Of a DNA stretch of 64,000 nucleotides, positions 41,110-54,621 are shown one piece after another (position 1 is the stretch's first letter; the number at the start of each line of letters is the position of its first letter). The translations under genes were made by a program, and so were the position numbers. The DNA is from Octopus vulgaris (taxonomy: Eukaryota). The notes under the pieces are model-generated. The model had not been told where the DNA came from. It did no database searches and was given only the letters and a program-made list of their open reading frames with translations. The stretch covers positions 65,224,001 to 65,288,000 of the forward strand of contig OX597822.1 of NCBI GenBank assembly GCA_951406725.2. Reading direction: 5' to 3'.

Positions 41110-41906
41110 AACACAAGGGCAGAAATTTTATGGGAGTGGACTAGTTGATTACATCGACCCCGGTGTTCAACTAGTATTTATTTTATCGACCCCGAAAGAA
41201 TGAAAGGCAAAGTCGACCTCGGCGGAATTTGAACTCAGAACATAGCGACGGGTGAAATCCCTATTTCTTTACTACCCACAAGGGGCTATACACAGAGGGG
41301 ACAAACAAGGACAGACAAATGAGTTAAGTCGATTATATCGACCCCACTGCGTAAATGGTACTTATTTAATCGACCTCGAAAGGATGAGAGGCAAAGTCGG
41401 CCTCGGCGGAATTTGAACTCAGAACGCAACAGCAGACGAAATACCTATTTCTATTTCTTTACTACCCACAAGGGGCTACACACAAGGAACAAACAAGGAC
41501 AGACAAACGGATTAAGTCGGTTACATCGACCACAGTGCGTAACTGATACTTAATTTATCGACCCCGAAAGGATGAAAGGCAAAGTCGACCTCGGCAGAAT
41601 TTGAACTCAGAACGTAACGGCAGACGAAATACGGCTACGCATTTCGCCCGGCGTGCTAACGTTTCTGCCAGCTTGCCGCCTTAATGTCTAGCACTATAAT
41701 ATTTTCTACTCTAGGCACAAGGCCTGAAATTTTTGGAGAAGGGGACCAGTCGATTAGGACAACCCCAGTACGTAACTGGTACTTATATTATCGACCCCGA
41801 AAGGATTAAAGGCAAAGTCGATCTCGGCGAAATTTGAACTCAGAACATAGGGACAGGCGAAATACCACTAAGCGAAATACGCTAATGGTTCTGCCAGCTC
41901 GCCGCC
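41110..41906 (-). mobile_element. SINE family A trimer (~41110-41680) next to a monomer (~41700-41906)
   Basis: Units of ~180 bp with the recurring junction at ~41260 and ~41445. Confidence 0.88.
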
Positions 41907-43848
41907 TTAAAATCCAGCACTGTAATACTGCGGTTAAGAACCTAGCTTTGCGATCTCATAGTTTCCGGTTCAGTTTCAATGCACGGCACCTTGAGCAAAT
42001 GTGTGTGCCTTTAACTATAGTTTCCTGCCGGCCAATACCGTTTGAGTGAATTTGCTAATAGGAAACAGAGTGAAAGCCTGTCAGAAATATATATATATGT
42101 GAAAGCGCATGGCTTGCTGTTTAGGGTGTTGCACACACGATCGCGAGTTTGTAGTTTCGATTCCCAAACCGGGCGTTGTGTTGTTCTCTTGCGTAAAGTG
42201 CTTCACTTATATATGCGCGCGCGTGTGTATGTCTATTTCTTTGTATTTGTGTTTGTTTCCCATCAAAGTTCTACTATCGGTGTTGGTTTGTCTGCCTCCC
42301 CTTAAACTACTAGCTCGGCAGAAGTTTCCTGTTTGTATCTTTTTGCTAGAGTTATAAAGTGAAGTGAAGTTACTTGAAGGGGTAATCAAAATCGACTGGA
42401 CAAGGGCGGTCTTTCATCCTTTCGGGGTCGAGAAAATGTGTACCTGTTGAGTACTGGGGTCGATATAATCGTCTATCCCCCGCCTTCAAATTTCAGGTCC
42501 TGTGCCTATGATAGAAAGGGTTATTAATGTTGTAAATGTATAACATTAATTTTGCTGATCCTTTCCTTCGAAAGCTTTTCCGAACCATGGCCGCCATGGT
42601 CAACACGCTCTAAATCGTATGGTCTGAACCAGCAACAATATTCAATTCTATTTCTGTCAGATCTATCCGCTAGAAGTAGCTACCAAATCTCCCTCAAATC
42701 TACCCCTCATTTTCTTGTGAAAAAAATAGAACGATTAATCGGAGAAAAACAGTCCCTGTGGAAAGACGGAATGATCAAGGCTGGTCTCAGGCCGAAGCAC
42801 GGCAACAGAAATAATATTTCTTCTACAAAGAGAAACAGAGCGAGAGAGAAAGAAAGAGGAAGACGAACAGAGAAAGAGATAGAGAGGAAGAGAGAGGAAG
42901 TGCTAACATCTATTTATGACGGAATTCATTACAATCTAAAAAGTTTGTTGCTATTGCTGAGGTTATGTCATCAACTATGTCCAACCTTGTTTAATATATA
43001 TTCTTATGACAACAAGTAATGTGTATTTTGTAACTTTTCAGCGGTTCTAAATCCTTTAGGAAATTAGCTTGAAATTTTGTATTCTCCTCGACTACTCTGC
43101 TACCCTTAACTTTTTTCTATAGATCCCCAGTATAGTTTCTTCCTTATTTGACAGCCTGTCTTTTCTGGCCGGCCCCTTTTTAAATAGTTCCTCTCTTTTC
43201 AATCTGGTTTTGACATCTCTTTAATCATTTTGAAGTGTTGGGTGGAGAAAATAACGCATAAAGGGTCCCAATACTCTTTAACAACACAGAGACACACATA
43301 TTTATATATACATACATACATACATACATACAAACAAACATACATACATATACACATATATATATATGAGAGAACAAAATATAATTAGAAAACCAACATT
43401 AAAAAATATGAAGCTCGTGAAGTCATTTTAGCAATATATTTATGAATCATGTAAGCCATTTTCGTAAGATGCTGAATCAATAGAAATTTATAGTATGGGG
43501 CTGTTGTGAACCAAGATGTAAGAGTCGTGTCTTACTAAAACCAACAGCCCCGTTTCATTTCATCGTTGATGTAGTGTCACGTCACTGATATCGTTAACAT
43601 TTTTCGTAGAAATGCCGGAAATTCACGATAGTCTACTTAGTATATGTTTCCCTTAAAGTATTACCCATTAAAAATAAGTCGTTATGAGTTTATTAAAATC
43701 TACTATACGCCATAAAAATTCAGAAATAATTAATGCATATCAGTGAGCTTCTGAGTTTAAATTCCTTCGGCTTTACTATAAAATCAAATTCTCCATGATA
43801 TTCAAATGGTAACCTGGAGAAATCCCTACTTAGGAAACAACAACTCCC

Positions 43849-44399
43849 TGTGGAGGTGCAATGGCCCAGTGGTTAAGGCAGCGGACTCGCGGTCGTAAGA
43901 ACACGGTTTCGATTCCCAGACCGAGCATTGTGAGTGTTTATTGAGCAAAAACATCTGAGCTTCACGAGGCTCCAGCGGGGGGGGGGGGGGGGGGTAAACC
44001 CCGCTGTACTCTTTCACCACAACTTTCTCTCACCCTTACTTCTTACTTCTGTCATAAAGTAGAGGAACCATGGTGTAACCCACTATGGTGTGGTAAACTT
44101 TCAGACCCTAGTCTAGATTGCGAATCCTCTGTACCCTAGGATGGTTCAGCTCTCCACCCGTTAAAAGCCACCGTTTACGGAATGAGGATAACACACGTAG
44201 CTTTCGCGCCCGTGCAACCGCCAGTCTATCGCGTGTGGTGGGTGGAACTTCAAGTTGCCACACGCATTCTTAGTAGCTTAGAGTAGGCTCGAATTAGAGA
44301 TTATTGTTTGTGGCTAATGGCGTGAGTCCTGATTGGAAGAAGAAGAAGAAGAAGAAGAAGAAGAAGAAGAAGAAGAAGAAGAAGAAGAAGAAGAAGAAG
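43849..44399 (+). mobile_element. Chimeric retroposon: SINE family D head plus an unrelated 3' segment ending in (AAG)n
   Basis: 12-bp TSD ACAACAACTCCC at 43837-43848 and 44400-44411; the first ~200 bp match 61303-61500, then the sequences diverge completely. Confidence 0.8.
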
Positions 44400-44599
44400 A
44401 CAACAACTCCCCACTTAAGTCGGTTATAATGTCCTAAAATAAAAATTAAAAGACTACCCCGAAATGGAGCTATTAATACAGACACAGCGTAGGTCAATAG
44501 TAGCTAAAACGTATCTAAATTACCTAAATTATAAATATTATATGAATGTCGATGAAATTGACCAAAGCGACTTTTCGTGTTATTGCTTTTGATAAGATC

Positions 44600-45150
44600 T
44601 AATACGCCTCCCTGTTTGATATCACTACATGGCTTGCTTACGTGGACTTACTCTGGTGAAATTATTCATAACAAGTCTCTGATTTTCTCTTCACCAAGTA
44701 CTTCCCAAAATATATTGGCTAAAACAGGCAACTTATAGACATTAGCACGGAATCTTTTTGCGGGTTAGAAATCAGCTACGTCACAATCTCACTTGGCTGC
44801 AAATGTCATGATCACTACCTATCCTCTTCCGAATAGTAAAAGCGAAAATACTAATTTCTTGTACTTAATAATGAAGAGAAATCGTGAAATGGACTATTAG
44901 AAAGAACCGATAATTTATCGTATCTTGTACAAGAAAATACGAACTGAGAATGCATTCGACAAAAAAGTCATGATGATGATCGATTCAATATATCTTAGTA
45001 TGTTAGCTGAATTGTCACGAACTCGTAGTCCATATTAGAATTTGTACAGAGGTCAAGATAAAATGCATGGGAAATTCTCAAGAGAATAATAGATTGTTTG
45101 GTCAATAAGTTAAAACACGATTAGATCACGAATCAGATGACTTTTCGATT
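44600..45150 (+). pseudogene. Possible very old CR1/L2-like RT remnant
   Basis: Short frame-shifted motifs (W.AANV, LLERTDNL, NAFDK.SH) in the order expected for a CR1-type RT; heavily decayed. Confidence 0.3.
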
Positions 45151-45257
45151 CAACATGGATAAACTAATAAAGTAGTTACTTCTTACTAAGGCCAGCAACT
45201 AAGGAAACAAGGCTATGTAATCTGAATTGATAGTTTCAAGTGTAATTTTAACACATA

Positions 45258-45656
45258 CTAGCAGTACAGCCCAGCATTGCTCGGGTTTGTTTTCTTTTCG
45301 ACGCTTTAGAATTGGAATTTTTGAAAAGTAAAAATTTTGCATTATGTAGCTTGTTATTCTCTTTAAGTGAACATTTTTCTGGTTGAAATACACAGAAAAA
45401 TGGCGACACAGCAGTAAAAAATTCGTAAAAAATAGGGATTTTCATAGAAAAAAAGCACCTTTTGATGTAAATAATTTTTGGTCGTAACATGGTCCGATTT
45501 GAAGTTTTTCTTCTATTGAATGAAGAGCAAACCTTCTTCTATCATACTCTCAATTTTGGTCAACTTGCGTCGCAAGTTCTCGGAGGGGATAGTGTTAGTT
45601 GAATGCTATCAAACCTGCCACACATACACAGACAACTTCAGCTTTATATATATAGA
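45258..45656 (-). mobile_element. Short non-autonomous Helitron (399 bp)
   Basis: A|TCTATATATATAAAGCTG ... CCCGAGCAATGCTGGG hairpin ... CTAG|T; the 3' hairpin is nearly the same as that of the 20457 element. Confidence 0.88.
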
Positions 45657-46826
45657 TTATGTGGAATCCAGCCATGCTGGTGGTGAAGTCGTGAGAAATC
45701 GAAAGCGAAAATCGACACTACAAATATCCCACAGTCGTGGGAGTGGGAAATGAAAAGGAAATGCTTCAAACCATTTAGTTCATTACTTTGGTATTTTTAG
45801 CACTTTCCCCATCTTCGTGACAATTAATTATACCAATTGTTTCTTTTCGAACGTAGAAATATTTCTGAAGACTCCACCCGACATAAAGCGTTTAGAAAAA
45901 AACCTCAACAAGCAAGAATTCTAAGAAAAAAAAGGTAAAACTATTACTAATTACTCAAATTCTAGTAATAGCTTAACACCTCATTAATTTGGTGAATTCT
46001 CGAAGAAATATGTATCACACACAAAAGCCAAAAAATAAAAATAAACAGGTAGGCAACTATTTCACAAAAGGTACACGGCAAAATGGTGAAGGTATAACAG
46101 AAGGATCAACTGAAGCTGAAGTTAAGATAGATTGAGTTTGGACGTTTTGTGTAAATTATAGAAGTGAGGGCCACCTGTATTTATATCTCCAAATAATTGA
46201 AGTTGCTAAAGCGGATGAGCGGAAATGATGAATGCGAAGGGATCTTACATATGGAGTAACAAGAATTGATTAATGCGTAAGAAAACCGTGAAGAAGTGAG
46301 TAGAACTGATAAAAAACAAAACATGGATAAAAAGCATAGAAAAGAAAAAAACCCAGTATACTGTATGTTTTTCGTATATGTGTGTGTGTATGAGTGTATG
46401 TGTGTGTATGTGTGTGTAGCACAAGGATATAACGAGAAAAGGAGAAAGAGAGAGAGAGAGAGAGACAGAGACAGAGAGAGAGAGAGAAATAAAGAGGGAC
46501 AGAGAAAGTTGCCAGGTGTAAATATGATTTACAGGCAAGAAATTGTTTTAAACAAAAAAATGTCAAGAGCAAGGATGAATTTCGCTATAGATAGGTTGTA
46601 AGGAACAAACATATGTATAACTGGCTGGCTACGTCTATATAACTATATACAAACGCATTTGCATGTATACATCTTTATATACAAGTACGTAGATACATAC
46701 ATACATATACTTACACACACACATACATATACACACATATATACATACATATATACATGCATACATACATACATACATATATATATAAATACATACATAC
46801 ATACATAAATACATATATATATATAT

Positions 46827-46863
<37 letters not shown>

Positions 46864-46990
46864 GATACATACATATATACATGTACATTTATGTAAGAAT
46901 ATGTATTTTATGCAGGTAAATTGGCCAAAATTATTTAGTTTGTGCGTACATACATAAATGTATAAACACACATATACATATATATGGATG

Positions 46991-47086
<96 letters not shown>

Positions 47087-47905
47087 GATAGATAGATAGA
47101 TAGATAGATAAGCATATGCGTACATAATATATATACACAAAAATGTTTGCATGCATGTATATGTGTGTATATGTGTACACACTCACAAATACACAAGCAT
47201 ATATATGTATAGATATTTGGACCAGCTGTGATAACCAAACAATGCCGTCGAACAGCTTCAGTAAGTTGGAATGGAACCAAATGCAAACGATAGCGAAAAT
47301 TGCTAATTGGAATCTCAAACGTTATATTTCTTCGCTGTTCAGGTAAACGTAAAATGTTTCTCAAACCCAGAAGGGCATAAAAACATAGCAACGAAAATAT
47401 AATTATTTCCTGGTGGTGGGTCGAATGATTGAGATAATATTATATATGTGTGAAACTGGGTGATAAAGCCTATTATAATGAGTGAAAGCTATGGAAAGAA
47501 ACAAGACAAACGGAGATAATGAGAGAGGAACAGAGAGTGATGCATTGAAGGTGTAGATATGGGAGAAAAAATGCAAGCAATATAGAGTCGTAAACAAGGG
47601 GAAGATAAATCTTGCAGGATACATATAGTCATGGAAAGAGAAAGGGACTGACTGCAGAAATCTTTCATCTTTTTTTCTTATATACTTTAATTGTTTCAAT
47701 CGCTGAACTTCAGCATCGCTGGTTACAATACCTTGCAGGGTTTGCGGCGAATAAATAAAAAAGAAAAATTCGATCCTAGTGCTTCTTTGTACATGTCTGG
47801 GTCTTAGGGTATTTTCCCCTTCTACCGGCCTGCTACTTCACAGGGAAGTAAACAAATACCTGTTTTTAAGCGGGATGAGGTTGGGGTCAAACACATGGAT
47901 TTGAA

Positions 47906-48132
<227 letters not shown>

Positions 48133-48540
48133 ACAAACCTTGACTCTGCAACACTATATAAATTCCCTACTGGGAATGACCAAGTTTAAAAATCTGCTGG
48201 ATCTCACTCATAAGGGAATCTTACATTGCTTATAAACTCTATATTTGGAAGGACTCATATTAAACTCTGTTGGACTTTTGGATTTTATTCAAAGGATATT
48301 GGAATATTGCATATACACAATTATACCTATAAAACGGATTTACGAATTCAATGCCCATACATATCATACATCTATTTTCTTTCCTCCACCTCACTCTCTA
48401 TTTTGTATCACATCGAAATTAACTATGACTTAATTTTCCCTCTCACACCACCTCCTAGAAACAACTGTAAGACCATCTATCTATAAATGCTCTAATATCT
48501 ATACAGCTTGGTTTTTTATCTTATTGCGCAAAAATTTCTT

Positions 48541-48560
<20 letters not shown>

Positions 48561-48571
<11 letters not shown>

Positions 48572-48974
48572 ATTAGCGTTAAGCACAAGGGCGTACTAGG
48601 CACCTAACGAGTTAGAAATAGGAGTGACGTGTTTGAATTTTTACTCTCGGTAAGTGCTGAAGATAGTTGAGGCCCGAGGGCCAAAACGTGAAATCATGAT
48701 ACATGAATATCTGGGTGGCATTATCTACGATGGTATGTCTTAATTCTTTAACCGTCCGCCCGATTCCTTTTGTTTTCTGTCATTCTTTCAATGTTATTGG
48801 TGCTTTTATTGGGGTTTTAACCCATATTTCTAACAGGGTAGGCGCCTCATACACCCTTATGCTTAATGCTAATTTTAATTATATAGCTATTTATCACTAT
48901 TCGATTCATGTAACCACCTATATTATTGGTGTTATTATTATGAATTACTTATATTCACCGCAGAATATTCACGC

Positions 48975-48980
<6 letters not shown>
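48561..48980 (+). mobile_element. Penelope-like remnant with inverted partial repeat, between (TA)n tracts
   Basis: 48561-48620 is a diverged reverse complement of 48824-48884; a hammerhead lies between them. Confidence 0.65.
48654..48704 (+). ncRNA. Type-I hammerhead motif
   Basis: GUG-CUGAAGA-UAGUUGA-GGCCC-GA-GGGCC-AAAACGU-GAAA-UCAUGA-UA-CAU; canonical core, palindromic stem III, short stem I. Confidence 0.65.
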
Positions 48981-49037
<57 letters not shown>

Positions 49038-49181
49038 TATACACACATATATATATACATATATATATATACACACATATATATATATATACATGTATAT
49101 GTGCATACAGATATATGCATATATATGTGTGTTTGTATGCGTGCGTGTGTGAGTGTGTGTATGACTGTGTGAATACACAAA

Positions 49182-49220
<39 letters not shown>

Positions 49221-50450
49221 TTTAACACATTATATATATATAAATGTATATATTTATGCTCATGTATATTTATATGTATGTAGGCATGCGTATATATGTG
49301 TGTTTGTGTGTGTGCGTATGGATGTGTATGAGTGTGTGTTTGTGTGTGAATGTGTGTGTTTCTGTCTATGTATGTGTGTATGTATGCGTGTAAGCGCGCA
49401 TGTGTATTCAAGTTAAATTACGAGAAGAAAAGAGCAAAACATAAAGACTGAAGGGTAGACAACCAGAAAAATGAGGAATAGGCAAGTAAAAGATTAAACA
49501 AAGAATAGAATAGCCCAACATCCCTCGTTAATCTCCGGTTGGGTATTCTTGGACATTCTGTCTTTATATTCCTTCTTGATTTTAATCTCCTGGTTCTGAA
49601 CTACAGTGGAAAGTTAAGTCCATGGGATTATAGTTTCTACACGGTAAAATACAAAACTAGAAATCCCGAAAAGATGTAATATACGACGAAATATTATATG
49701 GCTTTCATTGATACCATCGTTTGATATTCCTTACAATGACTCTTTCTGGTATTTTAACCGCAGCTGTTTTGGCTGGTTGCAACTATTGCTGTGTCATAGA
49801 ATATCAACAACAAAAAATTTTAACAGAAAATAAGGGATACGTTGAAGAAAAAAAATAGATGGGCGAAATATTTTACAGTTAAAAGCAGTTTCGTGAGTAA
49901 CAGGAACGAGAAATAGAGCTTTGTAATGTTGAGGAATTTGGAACAAGTGAAATAACCCCATCTCGTCGCTTCGTTAAACAAAAAATAAATAAATAAATAG
50001 GATAAATAAAAACCTAAACAAACCAAAAAAGGGGAAAGAACGCATGTCAACAATTGTAAGTGGTATCTGAGTTGATCCGAAACACGGAGTTTCCGTCCGA
50101 TGAAAGTTAGTCAGCAAAATAGATATTGACAAGGCAACGGGTGAATTACGAATATGATACAGGGATGTGGAGTGCCTGTCTGAGCCAAAGAAAATAACAT
50201 CAATAACAACAACAACAACAACAGTAAAGGCATCATGTTAAGCAGTTATTCAGGCTGCTAAAAATAGTAGTCAAATCATAACCTTAAACTGATCTTTGAA
50301 CATAGAAATCTGCTCCCACTTTGTCAAATTGCGACACGTATCATTTGATTTTGTAACCTGTGGGTAACCTGGGGTTCAAGCAACTATTTATATATATATT
50401 TTTTTTGTTCTGTTAGAAGAAAAAAATTTAAAATCTATGCAAATTTACAG

Positions 50451-50609
50451 GGAGTGTCTGTGTAGTAAGTAGCTTGCTTACCAACCACATGGTTCCGGGT
50501 TCATTCACACTGCGTGGCACCTTGGGCAAGTGTCTTCTACTTTAGCCTCGGGCTGACCAAAGCCTTGTGAGTGGATTTGGTAGACGGAAACTGAAAAAAG
50601 CCCGTCGTA

Positions 50610-50660
<51 letters not shown>

Positions 50661-50849
50661 TTGTCCTCCAACATCGCTTGATAACCGATGCTAATGTGTT
50701 TACGTCCCCGTATCATAACGGTTCGGCAAAAGAAACCGATAGAATAAGTACTAGGCTTCCAAAGAATAAGTCCTGGGGTCGATTTGCTCGACCAAAGATG
50801 GTGCTCCGGCATGGCCGCAGTCAAATGACTGAAACAAATAAAAGAGTAA
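50451..50849 (+). mobile_element. SINE family B, full length
   Basis: Head to tail match. Confidence 0.88.
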
Positions 50850-52889
50850 ATGTAGAACAAAATTACTTTTTACAGCAAAAATTAACTGTGGAGATCTTAT
50901 ATAATTCAGTCTTTTGACACCGTGTCCATCGATTGATAATAGGTAAAATCCATGGAAGTAACTACACGATACTTCAAAGAAAAGAAACAGCTAGACGGTC
51001 GGATGATGAATTGCAACCACTTCTGTCTATAATACCTTTTCCCCGGCGCCTTGGGAGCAACAAACTACGAACGAAGTTGTATTTCGTTGCTGCAGTTGTG
51101 AATGATACTCCAACTACCACATCAAAGTGTACTTCCTCAGTTTGTGATTAAAAGATGTTCGTGTGCGTTGGACTTGGAGACATGGGTTGCAGACGGTCTA
51201 ATTTTGAGGAACCAGATAATTTTTTTTCATCCACAGTCCTTCGTCTCGAATCATTAAGAGTCAGGGGTGAGGTAGGACCACGATAGTTAAAAGTAAGGCT
51301 TATAAAAGAGTAACAGTAACCCATGCATACGAGTTTTGCCCTGTCCAAGCAACCGATACTGTCCTAGGGAAACGCAAAAAGCAATGCAACCTAATACCAG
51401 CATAGTATCAGGAATTGTCGTTAGAAGAGACAACAGTCGACCAAAATTCTTAACGCATCGCATTCGATGCACTAACAATTTCACCATCTTCCCCAACGCT
51501 GTGACTGGCTACTTTTATCAACAACGAATGAAAGAATGAAGGACAAGCTTAACTTCAGCGAGATGTGATTTCAGGTCACACAAACCCGGAACGTATACGA
51601 GAAGTTATACTATCCAAAATTCTAACGACCGCGAGATTTCGCTGCCGCTGAGACTAAACAACAATAATTACAGCAATATAAAGATATTTTAGGGAAGAAT
51701 ATCTAATATCTAGATTATTGTTCGGTAGATAATTTCCTTGATTAAATAGTGACTATACAAACCTCTGGGTGCAAAAAAGGCTATGTCTCTGTAAAGTTCG
51801 GTTTTAACGATGAAAATTATCAGATGGGCGTTTGGAGCGTCAGTATGTCTGTCATGGATCGGGGTACTTAAATTTGTAGATTTATTATAGATATTTTCTA
51901 ACTGAATGTAATTTGAATAAAAAAACAGAAAGAAAGAAAGAATTGCTTAGAGAAATGAATCTGAAATATAATGACAAATGATAAAAAAGAAAATGGGTTG
52001 AGATTATAATGGTATTGTGTGAGAGTGTGATGGTATCGACGATGTTATTGGTGATGATTATGATGATTATGATGAAAACAAGAACGACGACAAAGATATT
52101 GACGATGAGGATAACGATAACGATGATGTTGCTTACATTAGCTCGTCTTAATTAGCGATCGTACAAGTTCTCTAGATGTCTCTAAGCGGTAAAACAACCC
52201 GTGAAATTAAAAGATGTGTTTGGCTAGTATATACATAGCTGCCAACAACTAACACTGAAGATATATCAAATATTTGTGAATAACAAATCAAAATCTACGA
52301 ATATACACAAGTCACAAATATACAATACTAGCAATTGCAAAACCCAGCAAACCCTATAAACTGCCAAATTATTAACGCAACGTCACTAATGATAAATTCG
52401 AACTCATCTTTGTCTAATTAAATATAAGATCCTTATGAACCATAATATAAATTAAGAGACAATAGAAACAACAAACTAGATATAAAACCATACTAGATAA
52501 TGAAGGCTGCAATGGTCTCGAATACTTAAAAATATGAAAGGTTATCAGCGTTGGAATTAATCAATAGGTGTATCATTATATAGTGGAAAATGGTGGCCAA
52601 CCGGAGCAGCTTACAAATATTACACCGGCACATTGTTACATATACGCGTGGTGTCGACTTGAATGCGTTTGGATTAGGCTTTCTGGACTGGGATTAATTA
52701 AGGATTATACAAGTACCGCAATAATACAAACAAGAGCAGCAATAATAAGGATAACTATCTCATTGATATCTATCGTCATTTGACTAGTTTTATAATAAGA
52801 GAAGCACCAGTGCGATTACAAAATACCAGAAATCGCAGCAAGAGCTCACTCAAAACAAACCCATACACTACAATATTTAATAGGCAAGA

Positions 52890-53270
52890 GGCGACGAAAT
52901 GGCAGAAACGTTAGCACGCCGAGCAAATTGCTTAGTGGTATTTCGTCTGCCGTTACATTCTGAGTTCAAATTCCGCCGAGGCCGACTTTCGGAGCCGATA
53001 AATTAAGTACCGGTTACGCACTGGGGTCGATATAATCGACTTAATCCGTTTGTCTGTCTTTGTTCGTCCCCTCTGTGTTTAACCCCTTGTGGGTAGTAAA
53101 GAAATAGGTATTTCGTCTGTCATCACGTTCAGTGTTCAAATGCCACCGGCGTCGACTTTGCCTTTCATCCTTTCGGGGTCGATATATTAAGTACTAGTTA
53201 CGCACAAAAATCGATGTAATTGACTGATCCCTTCCCCCAAAATTTCTGGCTTTGTGTCTATAGTAGAAAG
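52890..53270 (+). mobile_element. SINE family A dimer
   Basis: Head, unit, junction at ~53109, second unit with the alternative tail. Confidence 0.85.
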
Positions 53271-53554
53271 GAATATTTAAGAGGCAAGGACATTTTTGAT
53301 AAATTAGTTTTATCTACACCAAGACTGTAAAAAAAACCCTTTTTAGTTGTGATATATAAAGTAGTGAGCTGGCAAGTTCAGACTCGGACTTGGCTCAATA
53401 CAGCAGCAATAGGAACAAGAACATTTAAAGGTTTCTGTAAGCAAGAGAGTTAAACTTTTCCTAAACGAAAATTGAGAAGATAATAAAAAAGGAAATTGCT
53501 AAGATGTTGCTTGTAAATCTTCGCATATAACATCCATCCATCCATCCATCCATA

Positions 53555-53772
53555 CTCTTTTACTCTTTTACTCTTTTACTTGTTTCAGTCATTTGACTGC
53601 GGCCATGCTGGAGCACCACCTTTAATCGAGCAACTCGACCCCAGGACTTATTCTTTGTAAGCCCAGTACTTATTCTATCGGTCTCTTTTTGCCGAACCGC
53701 TAAGTGACGGGGACATAAACACACCAGCATCGGTTGTCAAGCAATGCTAGGGGGACAAACACAGACACACAA

Positions 53773-53803
<31 letters not shown>

Positions 53804-53972
53804 CATATATACGACAGACTTCTTTCAGTTTCCGTCTACCAAGTCCACTCACAAGGCTTTGGTCGGCCCGAGGCTATAGTAGAAGACACTCGCCCAAGGT
53901 GCCACGCAGTGGGACTGAACCCGGAACCATGTGGCTGGTAAACAAGCTCTTACCACACAGCCACTCCTGCGC
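53555..53972 (-). mobile_element. SINE family B, full length
   Basis: Head to tail match. Confidence 0.88.
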
Positions 53973-54589
53973 CTGTACATACATCCATCTATACATATTA
54001 ACATACATACATACCTAGATACATGAATACACACATATATACGTACACACGCACATGCATAGAGAACGTGGGAAATGAAGATGGAAATAACTAGCATTTC
54101 TTAAAAAATCTCTTCGTAAGTCTAAAGTTTAAGATTGAATACTTGACGACCCTCTGAGTGTTTTACAAAAAAAAAAAAAAAAAAAAAAAGTGCCACCTGG
54201 TGTTTTTCTGTGTTTGAAAACAAAAAATATAATAACTAATGGTGTCACATTAAATAAACTAACGTGACACTTGAGCTGAAAAACATTCTTATGCTTTCTT
54301 CTTGGTGTACAATCTACATCTATTAGAATTAACATGTTGATTATATACTGTTAACATGAAAATAAGTAGGACAAGGGAGGAGATAATAAAAAAAAAATTG
54401 TCGAATAAACGCAGCATCAAACTTCTCGTACAATAGATTGACACTGCTCAGTACCGAAAATAGTATTTTAAAATAGCAGTCGAGAATTTGAGAAAAGATT
54501 TGTTATCTCTTTGTAAAAGAGGTACTGAAGTTTCTTTGACATTTACGTGTGTGTGTGTGTGTATTTACGTGTATGTATGTATATATGTA

Positions 54590-54620
<31 letters not shown>

Positions 54621-54621
<1 letters not shown>

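Noticed and set aside
41110-41680. Regularly spaced repeats as a CRISPR-like array
   Set aside because: Whole ~180-bp units repeat with no unique spacers; no cas genes; eukaryotic SINE context.
43440-43575. GGGGCTGTTG/CAACAGCCCC hairpin with CGATGA...GAAA on the minus strand
   Set aside because: Core and stems are too degenerate to call a ribozyme.
51148-51539. Short non-repetitive ORFs on both strands
   Set aside because: No recognisable motif; lengths are what chance would give.
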